A stretch of 64,000 nucleotides of DNA from an uncultured Gemmatimonadales bacterium (GTDB lineage: Bacteria; Gemmatimonadota; Gemmatimonadetes; Longimicrobiales; RSA9): positions 288,001-352,000 of the forward strand of contig CAWCUS010000001.1 in assembly GCA_963798845.1 (NCBI GenBank), read 5' to 3'. Numbering within the stretch: position 1 is the first letter of the stretch; the number at the start of each line of letters is the position of its first letter. The notes beneath the pieces were generated by a model. It was not told where the DNA came from. It saw only the letters and a program-made list of their open reading frames with translations, and did no database searches. The position numbers and the translations under genes are program-made. Shown piece by piece: positions 39,080-50,125 of the stretch.

Positions 39080-40549
39080 CTACAGGTGGTAGTTCGGTGC
39101 TTCCCGCGTGATCGCCACGTCGTGGGGATGGGACTCACGGAGCCCGCCGCCGGTGATGCTCACGAACCTGGCGTCGGTGCGGAGCGCGGTGATGTCGGCC
39201 ACGCCGCAGTACCCCATGCCGCTGCGGAGCCCACCCACCAGCTGATAGATGACGTCGGAAACGGGGCCCTTGTAGGGAACGCGCCCTTCGATCCCCTCGG
39301 GGACGAACTTCCGACCCTCGTTCTGGTCCTGGAAATACCGGTCGGCGGAGCCTTCCTCCATTGCGGAGAGGGAACCCATGCCGCGAACGATCTTGAAGCG
39401 CCGCCCCTCGAGGAGGAAGCTCTCGCCCGGGCTCTCCTCCGTTCCGGCGAGCAGCGAGCCCATCATGACGGCGTGGGCGCCCGCGGCGATGGCCTTGACG
39501 ATGTCGCCCGAGTACCGGATGCCGCCGTCGGCCACCACGGTCGTGTCCTCCCCGACGCCCTCCACGGCCTCCATGATGGCCGTGAGCTGGGGCACTCCCA
39601 CGCCCGTGACCACGCGCGTGGTGCAGATGCTGCCAGGGCCGATCCCGACCTTGACGACGTCGGCGCCGCGCTCGGCCAGCGCCTTCGCGCCTTCGGCCGT
39701 GCCCACGTTGCCCGCCATGATCTCGGTGTCCGGGAACCGGTTGCGAAGGGTTTCCAGCGCGCTGAGGACGCCGGCGGAATGGCCGTGGGCGGTGTCGATC
39801 ACCAGCAGGTCACAGCCGGCGTCGACGAGCTGCTGAGCGCGTGAGAGGTCGCCCCATGCCGTCCCGACGGCAGCGGCCACCCGGAGCCGGCCGTGCTCGT
39901 CCTTGCAGGCGTTGGGGTAGGCGCGACGCTTGAAGATGTCCTTCACGGTGATCAGACCCCGGAGCTGCCCGGCCTCGTCGACGACGGGAAGCTTTTCGAT
40001 GCGGTGCCGGTGGAGGATGCGCTCTGCCTCCTCGAGCGAGGTGCCGACGGGCGCGGTGACCAGGTTCTCACTGGTCATGACCGCCCGGATAGGCTGGTCC
40101 AGCTCGGTCTCGAACTGGAGATCGCGGTTCGTGATGATCCCCGCCAGGCGTCCGTCGTCGCCGACGATGGGGACGCCGCTGATGGAGAACTGCGCCATCA
40201 GCTGGTGCGCGTCCCTGAGCGAGGCGTCGGCACCGAGAGTGATCGGGTTCATGATCATCCCGCTCTCCGAGCGCTTCACCCGGTCCACCTCCGCAGCCTG
40301 GCGGTCGGTGGACATGTTCTTGTGGATCACCCCGATCCCGCCCTCCCTTGCCATGGCGATGGCCATCCTCGACTCGGTGACCGTGTCCATGGCCGCGGCG
40401 ATCATCGGGATCTGGAGCTCGATCCGCTCCGTGAGGCGCGTCACCACGGACGTGTTCCGCGGGTGAACTTCCGAGTACCTCGGCACCAGCAAGACGTCGT
40501 CGAACGTCAGCGCTTCCCCCAGGATCCGATCGCGCCCCGCTTCCGTCAT
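39080..40549 (-). CDS. guaB: IMP dehydrogenase
   Basis: [20 protein letters not shown] pair, [33 protein letters not shown]. Confidence 0.99.
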   Translation of the reverse strand: MTEAGRDRILGEALTFDDVLLVPRYSEVHPRNTSVVTRLTERIELQIPMIAAAMDTVTESRMAIAMAREGGIGVIHKNMSTDRQAAEVDRVKRSESGMIMNPITLGADASLRDAHQLMAQFSISGVPIVGDDGRLAGIITNRDLQFETELDQPIRAVMTSENLVTAPVGTSLEEAERILHRHRIEKLPVVDEAGQLRGLITVKDIFKRRAYPNACKDEHGRLRVAAAVGTAWGDLSRAQQLVDAGCDLLVIDTAHGHSAGVLSALETLRNRFPDTEIMAGNVGTAEGAKALAERGADVVKVGIGPGSICTTRVVTGVGVPQLTAIMEAVEGVGEDTTVVADGGIRYSGDIVKAIAAGAHAVMMGSLLAGTEESPGESFLLEGRRFKIVRGMGSLSAMEEGSADRYFQDQNEGRKFVPEGIEGRVPYKGPVSDVIYQLVGGLRSGMGYCGVADITALRTDARFVSITGGGLRESHPHDVAITREAPNYHL

Positions 40550-40646
40550 TGCCCCTCCCCGATGCACGACACCCGCGAGCCGCCGATCGGCGATCCCGCG
40601 GGTGTTTGGTCTGTCCGGATTCGAATGTTCCCTCGTTCCATGGCGG

Positions 40647-40676
40647 AACCTACGGGCCGCCCATCGAGGGTGTCAA
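40647..40676 (-). promoter_or_regulatory. Putative sigma70 promoter for guaB
   Basis: Minus strand TTGACA-N18-TAGGTT. Confidence 0.6.
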
Positions 40677-41041
40677 GATTCCGGAGCCCCACCCCGCTTG
40701 TCCGCTCCCGTGGTGGTGTCCGGCGCCGGCGGCTCGCGCGGGGGCTCGGTCTCGCTGGCGCCGTTCGGGGGCCCCTGCACGAGGCCGCGGACCCCGTCGA
40801 AGAACTTCCCGGCCGAGCTCATGAGACGCATGGTCCCCTTCATGGCCTTGGGGGCGAGGGAGCGGACGCGCATCTGGTCCTCTACGCGCTCTGCGAACTG
40901 CTGAAAGGGGTCGGGCTTGCGGGAAATGGTCGCAGCGTACTTGGCCTCCAGGAACTCGATATAGTCGAGCACCTGGTACAGCTGCGCTTCCGGCAGCGCT
41001 TCCAGCTTGCGCAGCACCCGCTTCTTCGTGACGTCTTCCAT
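40673..41041 (-). CDS. Hypothetical protein (DUF2281-like N-terminus)
   Basis: MEDVTKKRVLRKLEALPEAQLYQVLDYIEFL; GGAGG RBS. Confidence 0.7.
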   Translation of the reverse strand: MEDVTKKRVLRKLEALPEAQLYQVLDYIEFLEAKYAATISRKPDPFQQFAERVEDQMRVRSLAPKAMKGTMRLMSSAGKFFDGVRGLVQGPPNGASETEPPREPPAPDTTTGADKRGGAPES

Positions 41042-41298
41042 GCATCCTCCCTGGACCACTCGTCGTCGCGCCACACTCTACGCGGAAGCTATGCCCGGGG
41101 TTTCTCCCGGGTAAGGCCCTGCGTCCCGGACCCGGACACGCCTGAACCGCCACCGCGTGCCTGGAAGTGGCGGCGCCTCCGTCGTCCGCATGCCACGGCA
41201 TGGAACCCGCGTGCCGCCGTGGGGTTTTCTGCACGCGACCGAGCACACCGAGGACGACGCCGGCTCACGGCGTCGTTTTGCATCAGGGGAGCCAGGCC

Positions 41299-42126
41299 AT
41301 GGCGATGGAGTTCCTGCCACTGAGGAAGGTAGCGATCCCGGACGCCACCGCGCGGGAGTACGACCGCTGGGTGGGTGGCCTCGACGAGCGTCTGGGAGAC
41401 GAGAGCATCGACCGGAACGAGGTCGTCCGCGAGGTGCTCACGGCCATTTACTACCCGCAGTACGTGGACGCGGACCCGCGCGAGCTGCCGGCAACCACTC
41501 GCATCGCGCTGCTCCAGATGGATCCCCGCAACGTGACGCTGGAGCCGGAGTACTATCGCGACATCGACGCGGAGCGGTACGGCCGCGTGAAGCCGATCCA
41601 GTGGCTGTGGGAGACCTTCGACCGGAGCCCGCTGGGCGAAAACGTGCACCTGGGCGTCAAGCTCCGGCGCGTGCTCGCCCGGCACGCGTTCCGCACGGTG
41701 GGGCGCAACTTCAAGGCGTTCCACCAGGTCAAGTTCTCCTTCGGCTACAACCTCGAGATCGGCGACGACGTGGTGGTGCACCGTCACGTACTGCTCGACG
41801 ACCGCGGTGGGATCCGGATCGGGAACGATGCTTCGATCTCCGACTACGCCAACATCTACAGCCACACCCACGCCCTGTACGACGGCCGGTACGTGGACTG
41901 TCCGCAGACCATCATCGGGGACGGCGTCCGTGTCACCTACCACGCCACGGTCCTGGGAGGCATCCACCTAGAGGCGGACGCCATGCTCGGCTCGATGGCG
42001 GTCGCGACCCGCAACGTGGAGTCCGGGAAGGTGGCGCTGGGCATCCCGGCCGTGCCGAAGCTGAGCAAGCCTGCCATGGCGGACCGCCCCCGATCCCCGG
42101 AGACCAGCGACCCGCTCTGCGACTGA
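41299..42126 (+). CDS. Hexapeptide-repeat acyltransferase
   Basis: [36 protein letters not shown]. Confidence 0.85.
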   Translation: MAMEFLPLRKVAIPDATAREYDRWVGGLDERLGDESIDRNEVVREVLTAIYYPQYVDADPRELPATTRIALLQMDPRNVTLEPEYYRDIDAERYGRVKPIQWLWETFDRSPLGENVHLGVKLRRVLARHAFRTVGRNFKAFHQVKFSFGYNLEIGDDVVVHRHVLLDDRGGIRIGNDASISDYANIYSHTHALYDGRYVDCPQTIIGDGVRVTYHATVLGGIHLEADAMLGSMAVATRNVESGKVALGIPAVPKLSKPAMADRPRSPETSDPLCD

Positions 42127-42203
42127 CGGGTGCGACAGGGGTCGGGCCCGGCTATACTGTTCTGTTCCACTCCACAAGAATGAGCCGAAGGAGGACCATT
42201 CCG

Positions 42204-43922
42204 ATGCCACGTGTGCATTCTCTCCCCAGCACCGTTCTGGCGTTTGCCGGCGCTGCCGGCCTTGCCGGCCTTTCCGCCTGCGCGGGCGACCGGGGACCCG
42301 GCGATTCTCCGAACGTCTCCCTCGAGGCCGCCGCGTCGGCGCTCGAGAGCGTCCAGGCGCCGGACCTGATGACCCACATCGACACGCTCGCCTCCGACGC
42401 CTACGAAGGCCGGGCACCGGCCACGCCGGGCGAGGAGAAGACGGTGTCGTACCTGACGCGCCAGTTCCAGGCGGTCGGGCTGGCGCCCGGCAACCCCGAC
42501 GGGACGTACGTCCAGGATGTGACGCTGGTCGGGATCAGGAACCATGCGCGCGGCTCCATCGACGCAGGCGATCAGACGATCGAGATGCGAACGCCTGACA
42601 ACTTCATGGGCGTGTCCTTCCGTGACACGTCGGAAGTGCACGTCCGCAACTCGGACGTGGTTTTCGTGGGCTACGGCGTGGAGGCCCCCGAGTACAACTG
42701 GGATGACTACGCGGGCCAGGACATGAGCGGGAAGACGCTGGTCATGCTGGTCAACGATCCGCCGGTGCGTGTGGACGGCGACACGGCCCTCGACCCGGAC
42801 ATGTTCAACGGCAAGGCCATGACCTACTACGGCCGTTGGACCTACAAGTACGAGGTCGGCGCCGAGAAGAACGCGGCCGCAGTCATCATCGTGCACGAGA
42901 CGGGCCCGGCCGGGTACCCCTGGGCGGTGGTGACCGGGAGCTGGGGACCGGAGCAGTTCGGGGTCGCCGGCGGCAGCGAGCGGACACCGGTGAAGGTCGA
43001 GAGCTGGATCACGGAGGCGGCCGCGCGGGAGCTCTTCCACGCCGCCGGGATGGATTTCGACCAGATGAAGGAGAAGGCGCGGACGCCCGGGTTCAGGCCC
43101 GTGCCGTTGAACGCGAAGGCCACGTTCGACATTGACATGGAGCGTCGGCAGGTTCGGTCCAAGAACGTCGTGGCGAAGCTCCCGGGCTCCGATCCGGAAG
43201 TGGCCGACCAGTACGTGATCTACTCGGCGCACTGGGACCACCTTGGCCGCGACACCACGCTGGAGGGCGATCAGATCTTCAACGGGGCACTGGACAACGC
43301 CAGCGGCGTGGCCGGGCTGCTGGAGCTGGCGCAGGCGTACACTAAGCTCTCGTCGCCTCCGCGTCGGTCGGTCCTCTTCCTGGCGGTAACGGGCGAGGAG
43401 AAAGGGCTGCTGGGCGCGAAGTACTACGCCGGGCATCCGCTCTACCCGCTGGAGAAGACGCTGGCGGACATCAACATGGATGGCCTCAACCAGTGGGGTC
43501 CGACCGGCGACGTGGTCGTGGTCGGGATGGGCAACTCCTCGCTCGATGACGTGCTGCAGCGCTACGCCGACACTCAGGGCCGCCACCTGCTCCCTGATCC
43601 GGAGCCGGAAAAGGGCTACTTCTACCGATCCGACCACTTCGAGTTCGCGAAGAAGGGGGTGCCGGCGCTTTACACGGACGCGGGCACCGAGTTCGTGGGC
43701 AAGCCCGCGGGGTGGGGCGAGGAGAAGCGGCAGGAGTACGTCACGAACGACTACCACAAGCCGTCGGACGAAGTGAAGCCCGACTGGGACCTCTCGGGCG
43801 CCGTGCAGGACCTGCAGCTCCTCTTCATGGTGGGGTACGACGTCGCCCAGGGCTCCGCCTGGCCAACCTGGAGAGAGGGGAACGAGTTCAAGGCCACGCG
43901 CGACGCCATGCTGGGCCAGTAG
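42204..43922 (+). CDS. M28-family peptidase with PA domain, lipoprotein
   Basis: Lipobox [52 protein letters not shown]. Confidence 0.95.
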   Translation: MPRVHSLPSTVLAFAGAAGLAGLSACAGDRGPGDSPNVSLEAAASALESVQAPDLMTHIDTLASDAYEGRAPATPGEEKTVSYLTRQFQAVGLAPGNPDGTYVQDVTLVGIRNHARGSIDAGDQTIEMRTPDNFMGVSFRDTSEVHVRNSDVVFVGYGVEAPEYNWDDYAGQDMSGKTLVMLVNDPPVRVDGDTALDPDMFNGKAMTYYGRWTYKYEVGAEKNAAAVIIVHETGPAGYPWAVVTGSWGPEQFGVAGGSERTPVKVESWITEAAARELFHAAGMDFDQMKEKARTPGFRPVPLNAKATFDIDMERRQVRSKNVVAKLPGSDPEVADQYVIYSAHWDHLGRDTTLEGDQIFNGALDNASGVAGLLELAQAYTKLSSPPRRSVLFLAVTGEEKGLLGAKYYAGHPLYPLEKTLADINMDGLNQWGPTGDVVVVGMGNSSLDDVLQRYADTQGRHLLPDPEPEKGYFYRSDHFEFAKKGVPALYTDAGTEFVGKPAGWGEEKRQEYVTNDYHKPSDEVKPDWDLSGAVQDLQLLFMVGYDVAQGSAWPTWREGNEFKATRDAMLGQ

Positions 43923-44028
43923 CCGGTCGACGGGCCGACCTTCTGCACCGGGGCCACGGCGCTCGCCGCGGCCCCGATCCGCATCCGGCCCCCCTGTCGC
44001 GATCGTCCGCGGCTGAGCCGAAGGCCGG

Positions 44029-45597
44029 TCAGCCCAAGCCCCGGGGGCTCACCCACCGCTCCGCCAGCCCAAGGACGGCGTCGACGAGGAGCGCCAGCAG
44101 GGCAGCCGGGATCGCGCCCGAGAGGACCATGCGGGTATCGGAAAGCGCGAGGCCCGAAACGATCGGGTCCCCGAGCCCGCCCGCGCCGATGAACGCCGCC
44201 AGCGTTGCCGTCCCCACAGTGATCACGGCGGCCGTCCGCACGCCGGCCATGATCACCGGTGCGGCCAGCGGGAGACGCACGTGGCGGAGCACCTGGCCCC
44301 GCGTCATCCCCAGCGCGCTGGCTGCGTCGACGGCCTCCGGGCTCGCGTCCCGCACCCCCGTGTACGTGTTCCGGAGGATCGGATACAAGGAGTACAGGAA
44401 AAGGGCGACCACGGCCGGTGCTACTCCGATCCCCAGGAGCGGGATCATGAATGCCAGCAGCGCGATGCTCGGGATGGTCTGGAGCACGCCCACGCCGCGG
44501 ATCGCCCCCTCGGCGGCGGCCCGCACCCGCTCCAGCGCGAGCCCGGCGGGGACCGCCACCAGGATGGCGCCGAGGAGCGCCACGCCGACCAGCAGGAGGT
44601 GGCGAAGCGTCAGGCGGAGCAGCAGCGATCTGCGATCCCACATGTACGAGGCCATCCCGGGGGCGCCGGCTGCGGGGCGGCCTGGCGCCGCCTGCTCGCC
44701 GGCCGGGGCGAGGAGGCCGAGCTGGCGGAGGCCGGCCGCGGCGACGGTCGCCACGGGCTCGCCGTCGACCTCGACTCGCCGGTTCAGGCGCCGCATGAAG
44801 TCCTCGTCGAGGAGCCCGGAGAGCCGCTCGAGCGCGATGGCCGCGCCGGGGACATCGCGGACCAGGCGGCGGCCGGCGAGTGCCGCGGCCTGATACGCCG
44901 GGAAGAATCCGGCGTCGTCGGTGAGGACCACGAGGTCGTAGCGGGCGATCTGGCCGTCGGTGGCGTAGCCGTCGATGACGTCGACACTGCCTTCCGCCAG
45001 CGCGCGGTACTTCACCGACTGGAGGAGCGATCGGGTGTCGGCGAAGCGGATGCCGTAGGCGAGGCGCATGCCGGGGAGGCCGTCGCCGCGCCCGATGAAA
45101 TCGGGAGAAAAGCCAGCGGTGAGGCGGGGCGCCACCTTCGCGAGGTCGCTCAGCGTGCGGAGCCCGTAGCGCTCTGCGCTCTCGCGGCGCACGGCGATGG
45201 CATACGTGTTCTGGAACCCGAGCGGAGCGAGCCACTCCACTCCCCAGCGCCGCCGGAACTCGGACCGCACGCGCCGGAGCACGACCGCCGGATCCGACGA
45301 GGGAGGCTCGCCGAGGATCGCGACCAGGCCGGTTCCCGTGTACTCCGGATACACGTCGATGGCGCCGGAGCGGAGCGCGCGAAATGCGACCTCGGTCGCG
45401 CCCAGCCCGGGCCGGCGGTCGACGCGGAACCCGTCGTCCTCGAGCAGCTGCGCGAACATCTCCGCCAGCAGGTACGACTCGCCGAACGGCTTGCTGGCCA
45501 CGACCACGGGTCGGGCCGGGCGCGCGGCCTGGCCGGCAGCCGGCGCTGCGGCGAGCGTCGCGAGGCAGCCGGCGAGCAGGGCCGTCCTGGCCGTCAT
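44029..45597 (-). CDS. Betaine/osmoprotectant-type ABC transporter, substrate-binding domain fused to permease
   Basis: KPFGE, DVYPEYTGT, NTYAIAV, GYATDG, FFPAY; then QTIPSIALL, PILRNTYTG, LGMT, IGAGGLG. Confidence 0.92.
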   Translation of the reverse strand: MTARTALLAGCLATLAAAPAAGQAARPARPVVVASKPFGESYLLAEMFAQLLEDDGFRVDRRPGLGATEVAFRALRSGAIDVYPEYTGTGLVAILGEPPSSDPAVVLRRVRSEFRRRWGVEWLAPLGFQNTYAIAVRRESAERYGLRTLSDLAKVAPRLTAGFSPDFIGRGDGLPGMRLAYGIRFADTRSLLQSVKYRALAEGSVDVIDGYATDGQIARYDLVVLTDDAGFFPAYQAAALAGRRLVRDVPGAAIALERLSGLLDEDFMRRLNRRVEVDGEPVATVAAAGLRQLGLLAPAGEQAAPGRPAAGAPGMASYMWDRRSLLLRLTLRHLLLVGVALLGAILVAVPAGLALERVRAAAEGAIRGVGVLQTIPSIALLAFMIPLLGIGVAPAVVALFLYSLYPILRNTYTGVRDASPEAVDAASALGMTRGQVLRHVRLPLAAPVIMAGVRTAAVITVGTATLAAFIGAGGLGDPIVSGLALSDTRMVLSGAIPAALLALLVDAVLGLAERWVSPRGLG

Positions 45598-46334
45598 GCC
45601 AGCCCCGCGCGCTGGAGGAGGGCGCGCACGTAGCCGCCGTCCGCGGCAGCGCGAAGCTCGGCGGGCGTTCCCACCTGCTCGACCCGCCCCGCCCGCATCA
45701 CGGCGATGCGGCCGGCGAGCCGGAACGCCTCGCCGAGATCGTGGGTGACCAGGACGCATGTGCTGCGCACGCGCTGGCGGAGGTCGAGGAACGCTTCGTG
45801 GAGATCCGCCCTGGTGATGGCGTCGAGCGCGCCGAAGGGCTCGTCCATGAGGAGCACGCCCGGCCGGCCCGCCAGCGCCCGGGCGATGGCCACGCGCTGG
45901 CGCTCGCCCCCGGAGAGCTCGCGTGGCCAGCGGCGGCCGTAGCGGTCCGGGGGCAGCCCCACCAGCGCGAGCGACTCTGAAGCCCTCGCGCCGGCGTCGG
46001 CGTCGCCCCGGAGCCAGGGCACCGTCGCCGTGTTGCGGACGACGGTCCAGTGGGGAAGCAGCCCGCCGTCCTGCTGGACGTAGCCGATCGAGCGGCGCAG
46101 TGCCACGGGATCGGCACAGGCGACGGGCCGTCCGCCCACCCGGACCTCGCCCGCATCCGGGGACACCATGCGGTTGAAACAGCGCAGCAGCGTGGTCTTC
46201 CCCGCCCCGCTCTCGCCCACCAGCGCCAGGCACTCGCCGGGCTCCACCTCCAGGGAGACGCCGACCAGCGCCGCCGTGCCGTCGTAGCGCTTGCCCACGT
46301 CGCGTGCCGAGAGCGATGCCGCCGGGGCGCTCAT
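45594..46334 (-). CDS. ABC transporter ATP-binding subunit (OpuA/ProV-type)
   Basis: GESGAGKT, LSGGERQRV, LMDEPFGALD, VTHD; ATGA overlap. Confidence 0.93.
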   Translation of the reverse strand: MSAPAASLSARDVGKRYDGTAALVGVSLEVEPGECLALVGESGAGKTTLLRCFNRMVSPDAGEVRVGGRPVACADPVALRRSIGYVQQDGGLLPHWTVVRNTATVPWLRGDADAGARASESLALVGLPPDRYGRRWPRELSGGERQRVAIARALAGRPGVLLMDEPFGALDAITRADLHEAFLDLRQRVRSTCVLVTHDLGEAFRLAGRIAVMRAGRVEQVGTPAELRAAADGGYVRALLQRAGLA

Positions 46335-46591
46335 CAGCCCGTCCGCTCCGAAGCCGGACCCGACCGCGGGCACGCGGGTTGCCTCGTGGTCGCGGCCTCC
46401 ACAGCTTCGCCCCGAGCGAGCGCTCGCACTCGAATCACGGAGACCTCCTTGGATCGTGCCGGAGCCGCACCCCTGACGGGCTCCCCGCCGTCGACGCACC
46501 ACCGCGCGGGCGGGAGATCGGGTCAACATAGGACCGGTGCCGCGGCGTCGCACTCGCCCCGCCCGCACCCGCGCACACCGGAGCTTGCGTC

Positions 46592-47548
46592 ATGCCCGAC
46601 CCGATGACGCTGGACGCAGCGAAGGCCGCGATGCGCGCGGAGGTGGCCGAGCAGCTGTCGCGTGAGCCGAGGCAGCTGTCGCCCAAGTGGTTCTATGACC
46701 ACCGGGGTTCCGAGCTCTTCGAGGCGATCACCCGCCTCCCCGAGTACTACCCCACGCGCACGGAGCGTCGGCTCCTCCATGCGGAAGCGCAGACGTGGGT
46801 CCGCGACCTGGCTCCCGGCACGCTCGTCGAGCTCGGCGCCGGGGCGGCGGACAAGACGCGGGCGCTGTTGGACGCCATGGTCCGCCAGGCGACCGGTCCG
46901 CTGGCGTTCGTGCCTGTGGACATCAGCGGCGAATTTCTGGCCGGCGTGGCGGCGTCGCTCCGCCGCGCCTACGCCACGGTGGCCGTGCATCCGGTCGTTG
47001 CGGACATGTCCCGCGGCTTCCACGTCCCCGAAAGCCTTCCCTCGCCCACGCTCTTTGCGCTGCTGGGCGGCACGATCGGCAACTTCGACGCGGGCGCTGC
47101 ACGGGCCCTCCAGCGCCGGATCCGCGGCGAGATGCGGCGCGGCGACCGCTTCCTGATGGGCGTGGACCTTGTGAAGGACACGGCCATCCTGGAGGCCGCC
47201 TACAACGACCAGGCCGGGATCACGGCCGAGTTCAACCGTAACGTGATGCGCGTGCTCAATCGCGAGCTGGATGCCGATTTCGACGTGGAAGCGTTCCGTC
47301 ATCGCGCCTTCTACGATGCGGATCGGGCACGCATTGAGATGCACCTGGTGGCGTCGCGCGCCACGCGGGTGACCATCCCGGGGGCCGGCTCGTTCGACTT
47401 CGAGGAGGGCGATTCGATCCGGACCGAGATCAGCTGCAAGTTCCGGCGCGATGACGTGGAGTCCATGTTCCTGGACGCCGGGCTGCGCATGACCGAATGG
47501 GTCACCGGTGAACCCGGCTTCGCCCTCACCCTGGCCGAGCCCGCGTGA
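46592..47548 (+). CDS. egtD: L-histidine N-alpha-methyltransferase
   Basis: PKWFYD, ITRLPEYYPTRTE, ELGAG, TIGN, GVDLVKD, RIEMHL, TEISCKF. Confidence 0.93.
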   Translation: MPDPMTLDAAKAAMRAEVAEQLSREPRQLSPKWFYDHRGSELFEAITRLPEYYPTRTERRLLHAEAQTWVRDLAPGTLVELGAGAADKTRALLDAMVRQATGPLAFVPVDISGEFLAGVAASLRRAYATVAVHPVVADMSRGFHVPESLPSPTLFALLGGTIGNFDAGAARALQRRIRGEMRRGDRFLMGVDLVKDTAILEAAYNDQAGITAEFNRNVMRVLNRELDADFDVEAFRHRAFYDADRARIEMHLVASRATRVTIPGAGSFDFEEGDSIRTEISCKFRRDDVESMFLDAGLRMTEWVTGEPGFALTLAEPA

Positions 47549-47610
47549 TTGCCCGGCAAAGTCGCCCGCCGCATCTTGACCGCGGCTGTCCCGCCACCCG
47601 CTGAGCTCAC

Positions 47611-49611
47611 ATGGCCGACTTCACCGCCGTCGACTGGTTCTGGGCCGCCGCCTTCCTGCTGCTGATGGTAGGCGGGGCGTTCCTCTTCTACCGTCTCGGA
47701 CGCCGCTCGGAGAGCGACTTCTTCCTGGCCGGCCGCGGTCTGCCATGGTGGCTTCCGGCCTCCTCCGTCTTCTCCACCCACACGGCGACGGACACGCCCA
47801 TGTGGATCACCGGCACGGTATACGCCCACGGGCTGCGCGGGCTCTGGTACACCTTCTTCACCGCCTGGACGGCCATCGGCAGCTTCGTGTCCGCCCGCAT
47901 CTTCCGCCGCTCCCTCGCCTACACGCAGGCGGAGTGGCAGGTGCTCCGCTTCGGCGGGCTGGGCGCCGAGCTGCTGCGCGGATGGATGGCCGGCTGGCAG
48001 GTGTTCATGAACATGTTCATCCTCGGCTGGGTGGGGATCGCCATGGGCAGGGTCGGGGCGCTGGCCTTCGGCTGGCCGATCTGGGTCGGGCTGGTCGTTC
48101 CCACCTTCATCACCGCCCTCTACACTCTCGCCGCCGGCTACTGGGGCGTCGTCATGGGCGACTTCCTCCAGGGCATCGTGGCCGTCTTCGCCATCGTCCT
48201 CGTCTCGCTCGTCGGCATCGCGGCCGCGGGCGGCGGCGCCGGCGTCGTGTCAGGGCTGGATCGCCTCGGCGAGTCCTGGCGACTCGACCCGTTCCACTTC
48301 ACCGGGCTCCTCAGCGGCGATTTCCCGGTGGCCTGGTTCGCCACGATGCTGGTCATCGCCGTCGTCGGCGGGTTCGGCATGGGCACCAGCATCGACTGGT
48401 ACGCGGAAGCGCAGCGGATCCAGAGCGCCCGCACGGTGCGCGACGCCAGCTACGGCCTGTTTGCAGGCGGACTGGCGACGCTGGTGCGGAACGGCTTCTG
48501 GGCGGCGAGCATCGTCGCCTTCTTCGTGCTCGTGCCCGGGATGACGAACGGTGCGGAGTACGAGCTCGGGTGGTTCCGCATGGGCTTCGGGCTGCTCCCC
48601 GCAGGACTCGTGGGCGTGTTCTTCGGCGCCATCCTGGCCATCCACATGTCGACGATCTCCAGCCATCTGAACATGGGCGCGCTCTACTTCACCCGTGACC
48701 TGTACCAGCGATACTTCCGCCCGGAGGCGGGAGAGCGCGAGCTGGTGCGGGTGGGGCGGGTGATCACTGCCGTGCTGCTGGTCGGCTCGTTCTTCTACGG
48801 CCTGATGATGACGGAGATCACGCAGTGGCTGATCTTCGCCCTCTGGCTGATGATGGCCGGCATCTGGCTCCCCAACATCCTGCAGGTGGTCTGGTGGCGC
48901 TTCAACGCGTGGGGCTACCTGAGCGCGTGGATCGCCAACCTCGGCGTGTCCTGGCTCGTGGTCTGGGTGCTCCCCGCGTTCCACGTGATCCCGGCACTCC
49001 CAGACCACTTCCAGTTCTGGCTCCTCATGGCGCTGGGCGCCGCCGTGTTCCTTCCGGCCACACTCCTCACGAAGCCGGAGAAGATGGACCACCTGGTGCG
49101 CTATTACGTCATGACCCGGCCTCTTGGATGGTGGGGGCCGGTGCATCGCGAAGCCATGCGACAGGGGCTGATCTCGGATCATCCTTCGTCTGCAGGCTCC
49201 GTCGGTCCCAACCCGCGTTCGAGCTCGAACCCCACCGCCCCTTCGACGGGCGCCACCGCCAGGCGGCCGCTGATCCGGCGCACGTGGACGCCGAAGGAGG
49301 CGGAGGGGTGGTCGCGGGAGGACTGGATCGTGATCCTCCTCGCCCCCGTCGTCTACGCCCTCACCATGCTCGGCGTGGCGCTCGCGCTCCTGGCGCGGCC
49401 GGTGGGCTGGGCCATGCTCCTGGCCACCGTCGTCCTGGGCGCCTTCATGTACTGGGTCATCGACCCGAAGCTGCGGGCGGTGTCCGTGGAGTATGAGGAG
49501 CGCCAGTCCGGCTACCTGAAGGATCTGGAGCGCGTCCTGCGCTGGGAGGAGCCCCTCGCGGACCCGGCGACGCCGGCCGACCCGCTCGCGCCCGTCGGGG
49601 GAGGAGGCTGA
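47611..49611 (+). CDS. Sodium:solute symporter (SSS family) with extra C-terminal two-TM domain
   Basis: DFFLAGRGLPWW, LPAGLVG, MSTISSHLN, RDLYQR, WWRFN; many TMs. Confidence 0.88.
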   Translation: MADFTAVDWFWAAAFLLLMVGGAFLFYRLGRRSESDFFLAGRGLPWWLPASSVFSTHTATDTPMWITGTVYAHGLRGLWYTFFTAWTAIGSFVSARIFRRSLAYTQAEWQVLRFGGLGAELLRGWMAGWQVFMNMFILGWVGIAMGRVGALAFGWPIWVGLVVPTFITALYTLAAGYWGVVMGDFLQGIVAVFAIVLVSLVGIAAAGGGAGVVSGLDRLGESWRLDPFHFTGLLSGDFPVAWFATMLVIAVVGGFGMGTSIDWYAEAQRIQSARTVRDASYGLFAGGLATLVRNGFWAASIVAFFVLVPGMTNGAEYELGWFRMGFGLLPAGLVGVFFGAILAIHMSTISSHLNMGALYFTRDLYQRYFRPEAGERELVRVGRVITAVLLVGSFFYGLMMTEITQWLIFALWLMMAGIWLPNILQVVWWRFNAWGYLSAWIANLGVSWLVVWVLPAFHVIPALPDHFQFWLLMALGAAVFLPATLLTKPEKMDHLVRYYVMTRPLGWWGPVHREAMRQGLISDHPSSAGSVGPNPRSSSNPTAPSTGATARRPLIRRTWTPKEAEGWSREDWIVILLAPVVYALTMLGVALALLARPVGWAMLLATVVLGAFMYWVIDPKLRAVSVEYEERQSGYLKDLERVLRWEEPLADPATPADPLAPVGGGG

Positions 49612-49612
49612 C

Positions 49613-49828
49613 ATGGACCGCGGACTCGTGACGCTGATCGGGATGAGCATCGCCTACGTGGCGTCGTTCATCGGGATGGGGCTGGCATGGTGGGCATGGC
49701 GGCGGCGCAACGACGAGCAGGCGCCCCGTACGGGCGGAAGGCAGCCCGGTCGAAGCGGGAATCATGTGGGGGGTCGGGAGCCTGTCAGCCGGCCCGCGGA
49801 GCGGAAATCGGACGGAGGCCAGGCATGA
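49613..49828 (+). CDS. Small single-TM protein
   Basis: MDRGLVTLIGMSIAYVASFIGMGLAWWAWRRR; starts 1 nt after the SSS stop, GGAGG upstream. Confidence 0.6.
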   Translation: MDRGLVTLIGMSIAYVASFIGMGLAWWAWRRRNDEQAPRTGGRQPGRSGNHVGGREPVSRPAERKSDGGQA

Positions 49829-49950
49829 ACGGGATCGCGTCCCCGCTGAGCGAAGGCCTGCTCTGGTCCTGGCTCGTCCCCACCGCCGTCTTCCTGGTGG
49901 CGGCCGGGGCGACGTGGCTGCTGTACCGAGCGTTCGCCAACCGCGGCTAG
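49825..49950 (+). CDS. Small single-TM protein (41 aa)
   Basis: MNGIASPLSEGLLWSWLVPTAVFLVAAGATWLLYRAF; GGAGG RBS, ATGA overlap. Confidence 0.6.
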   Translation: MNGIASPLSEGLLWSWLVPTAVFLVAAGATWLLYRAFANRG

Positions 49951-50125
49951 ACCTGCAGAGCGCCCCGGGAATCGGCCGGCTCCGCGAAGGCGGCGTCGTC
50001 CGGAGCCGCCGAAGCGGGAGCAGCCCGAATCGCGAGTGCGCGCGCAGCCGCGCCAGCGGCTGAGCGTCGAATCCACGCAGAGCGGGGTCGCGGCGCGCGC
50101 AGCGCCGCCGTGATCGACTCCCGCG

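Noticed and set aside
40673..41041. DUF2281-like gene as the antitoxin of a toxin-antitoxin pair
   Set aside because: No adjacent toxin-like ORF
49951..50125. GC-rich hairpins between convergent genes as a REP element or sRNA
   Set aside because: No second copy seen in the window; short stems are expected by chance at this GC content
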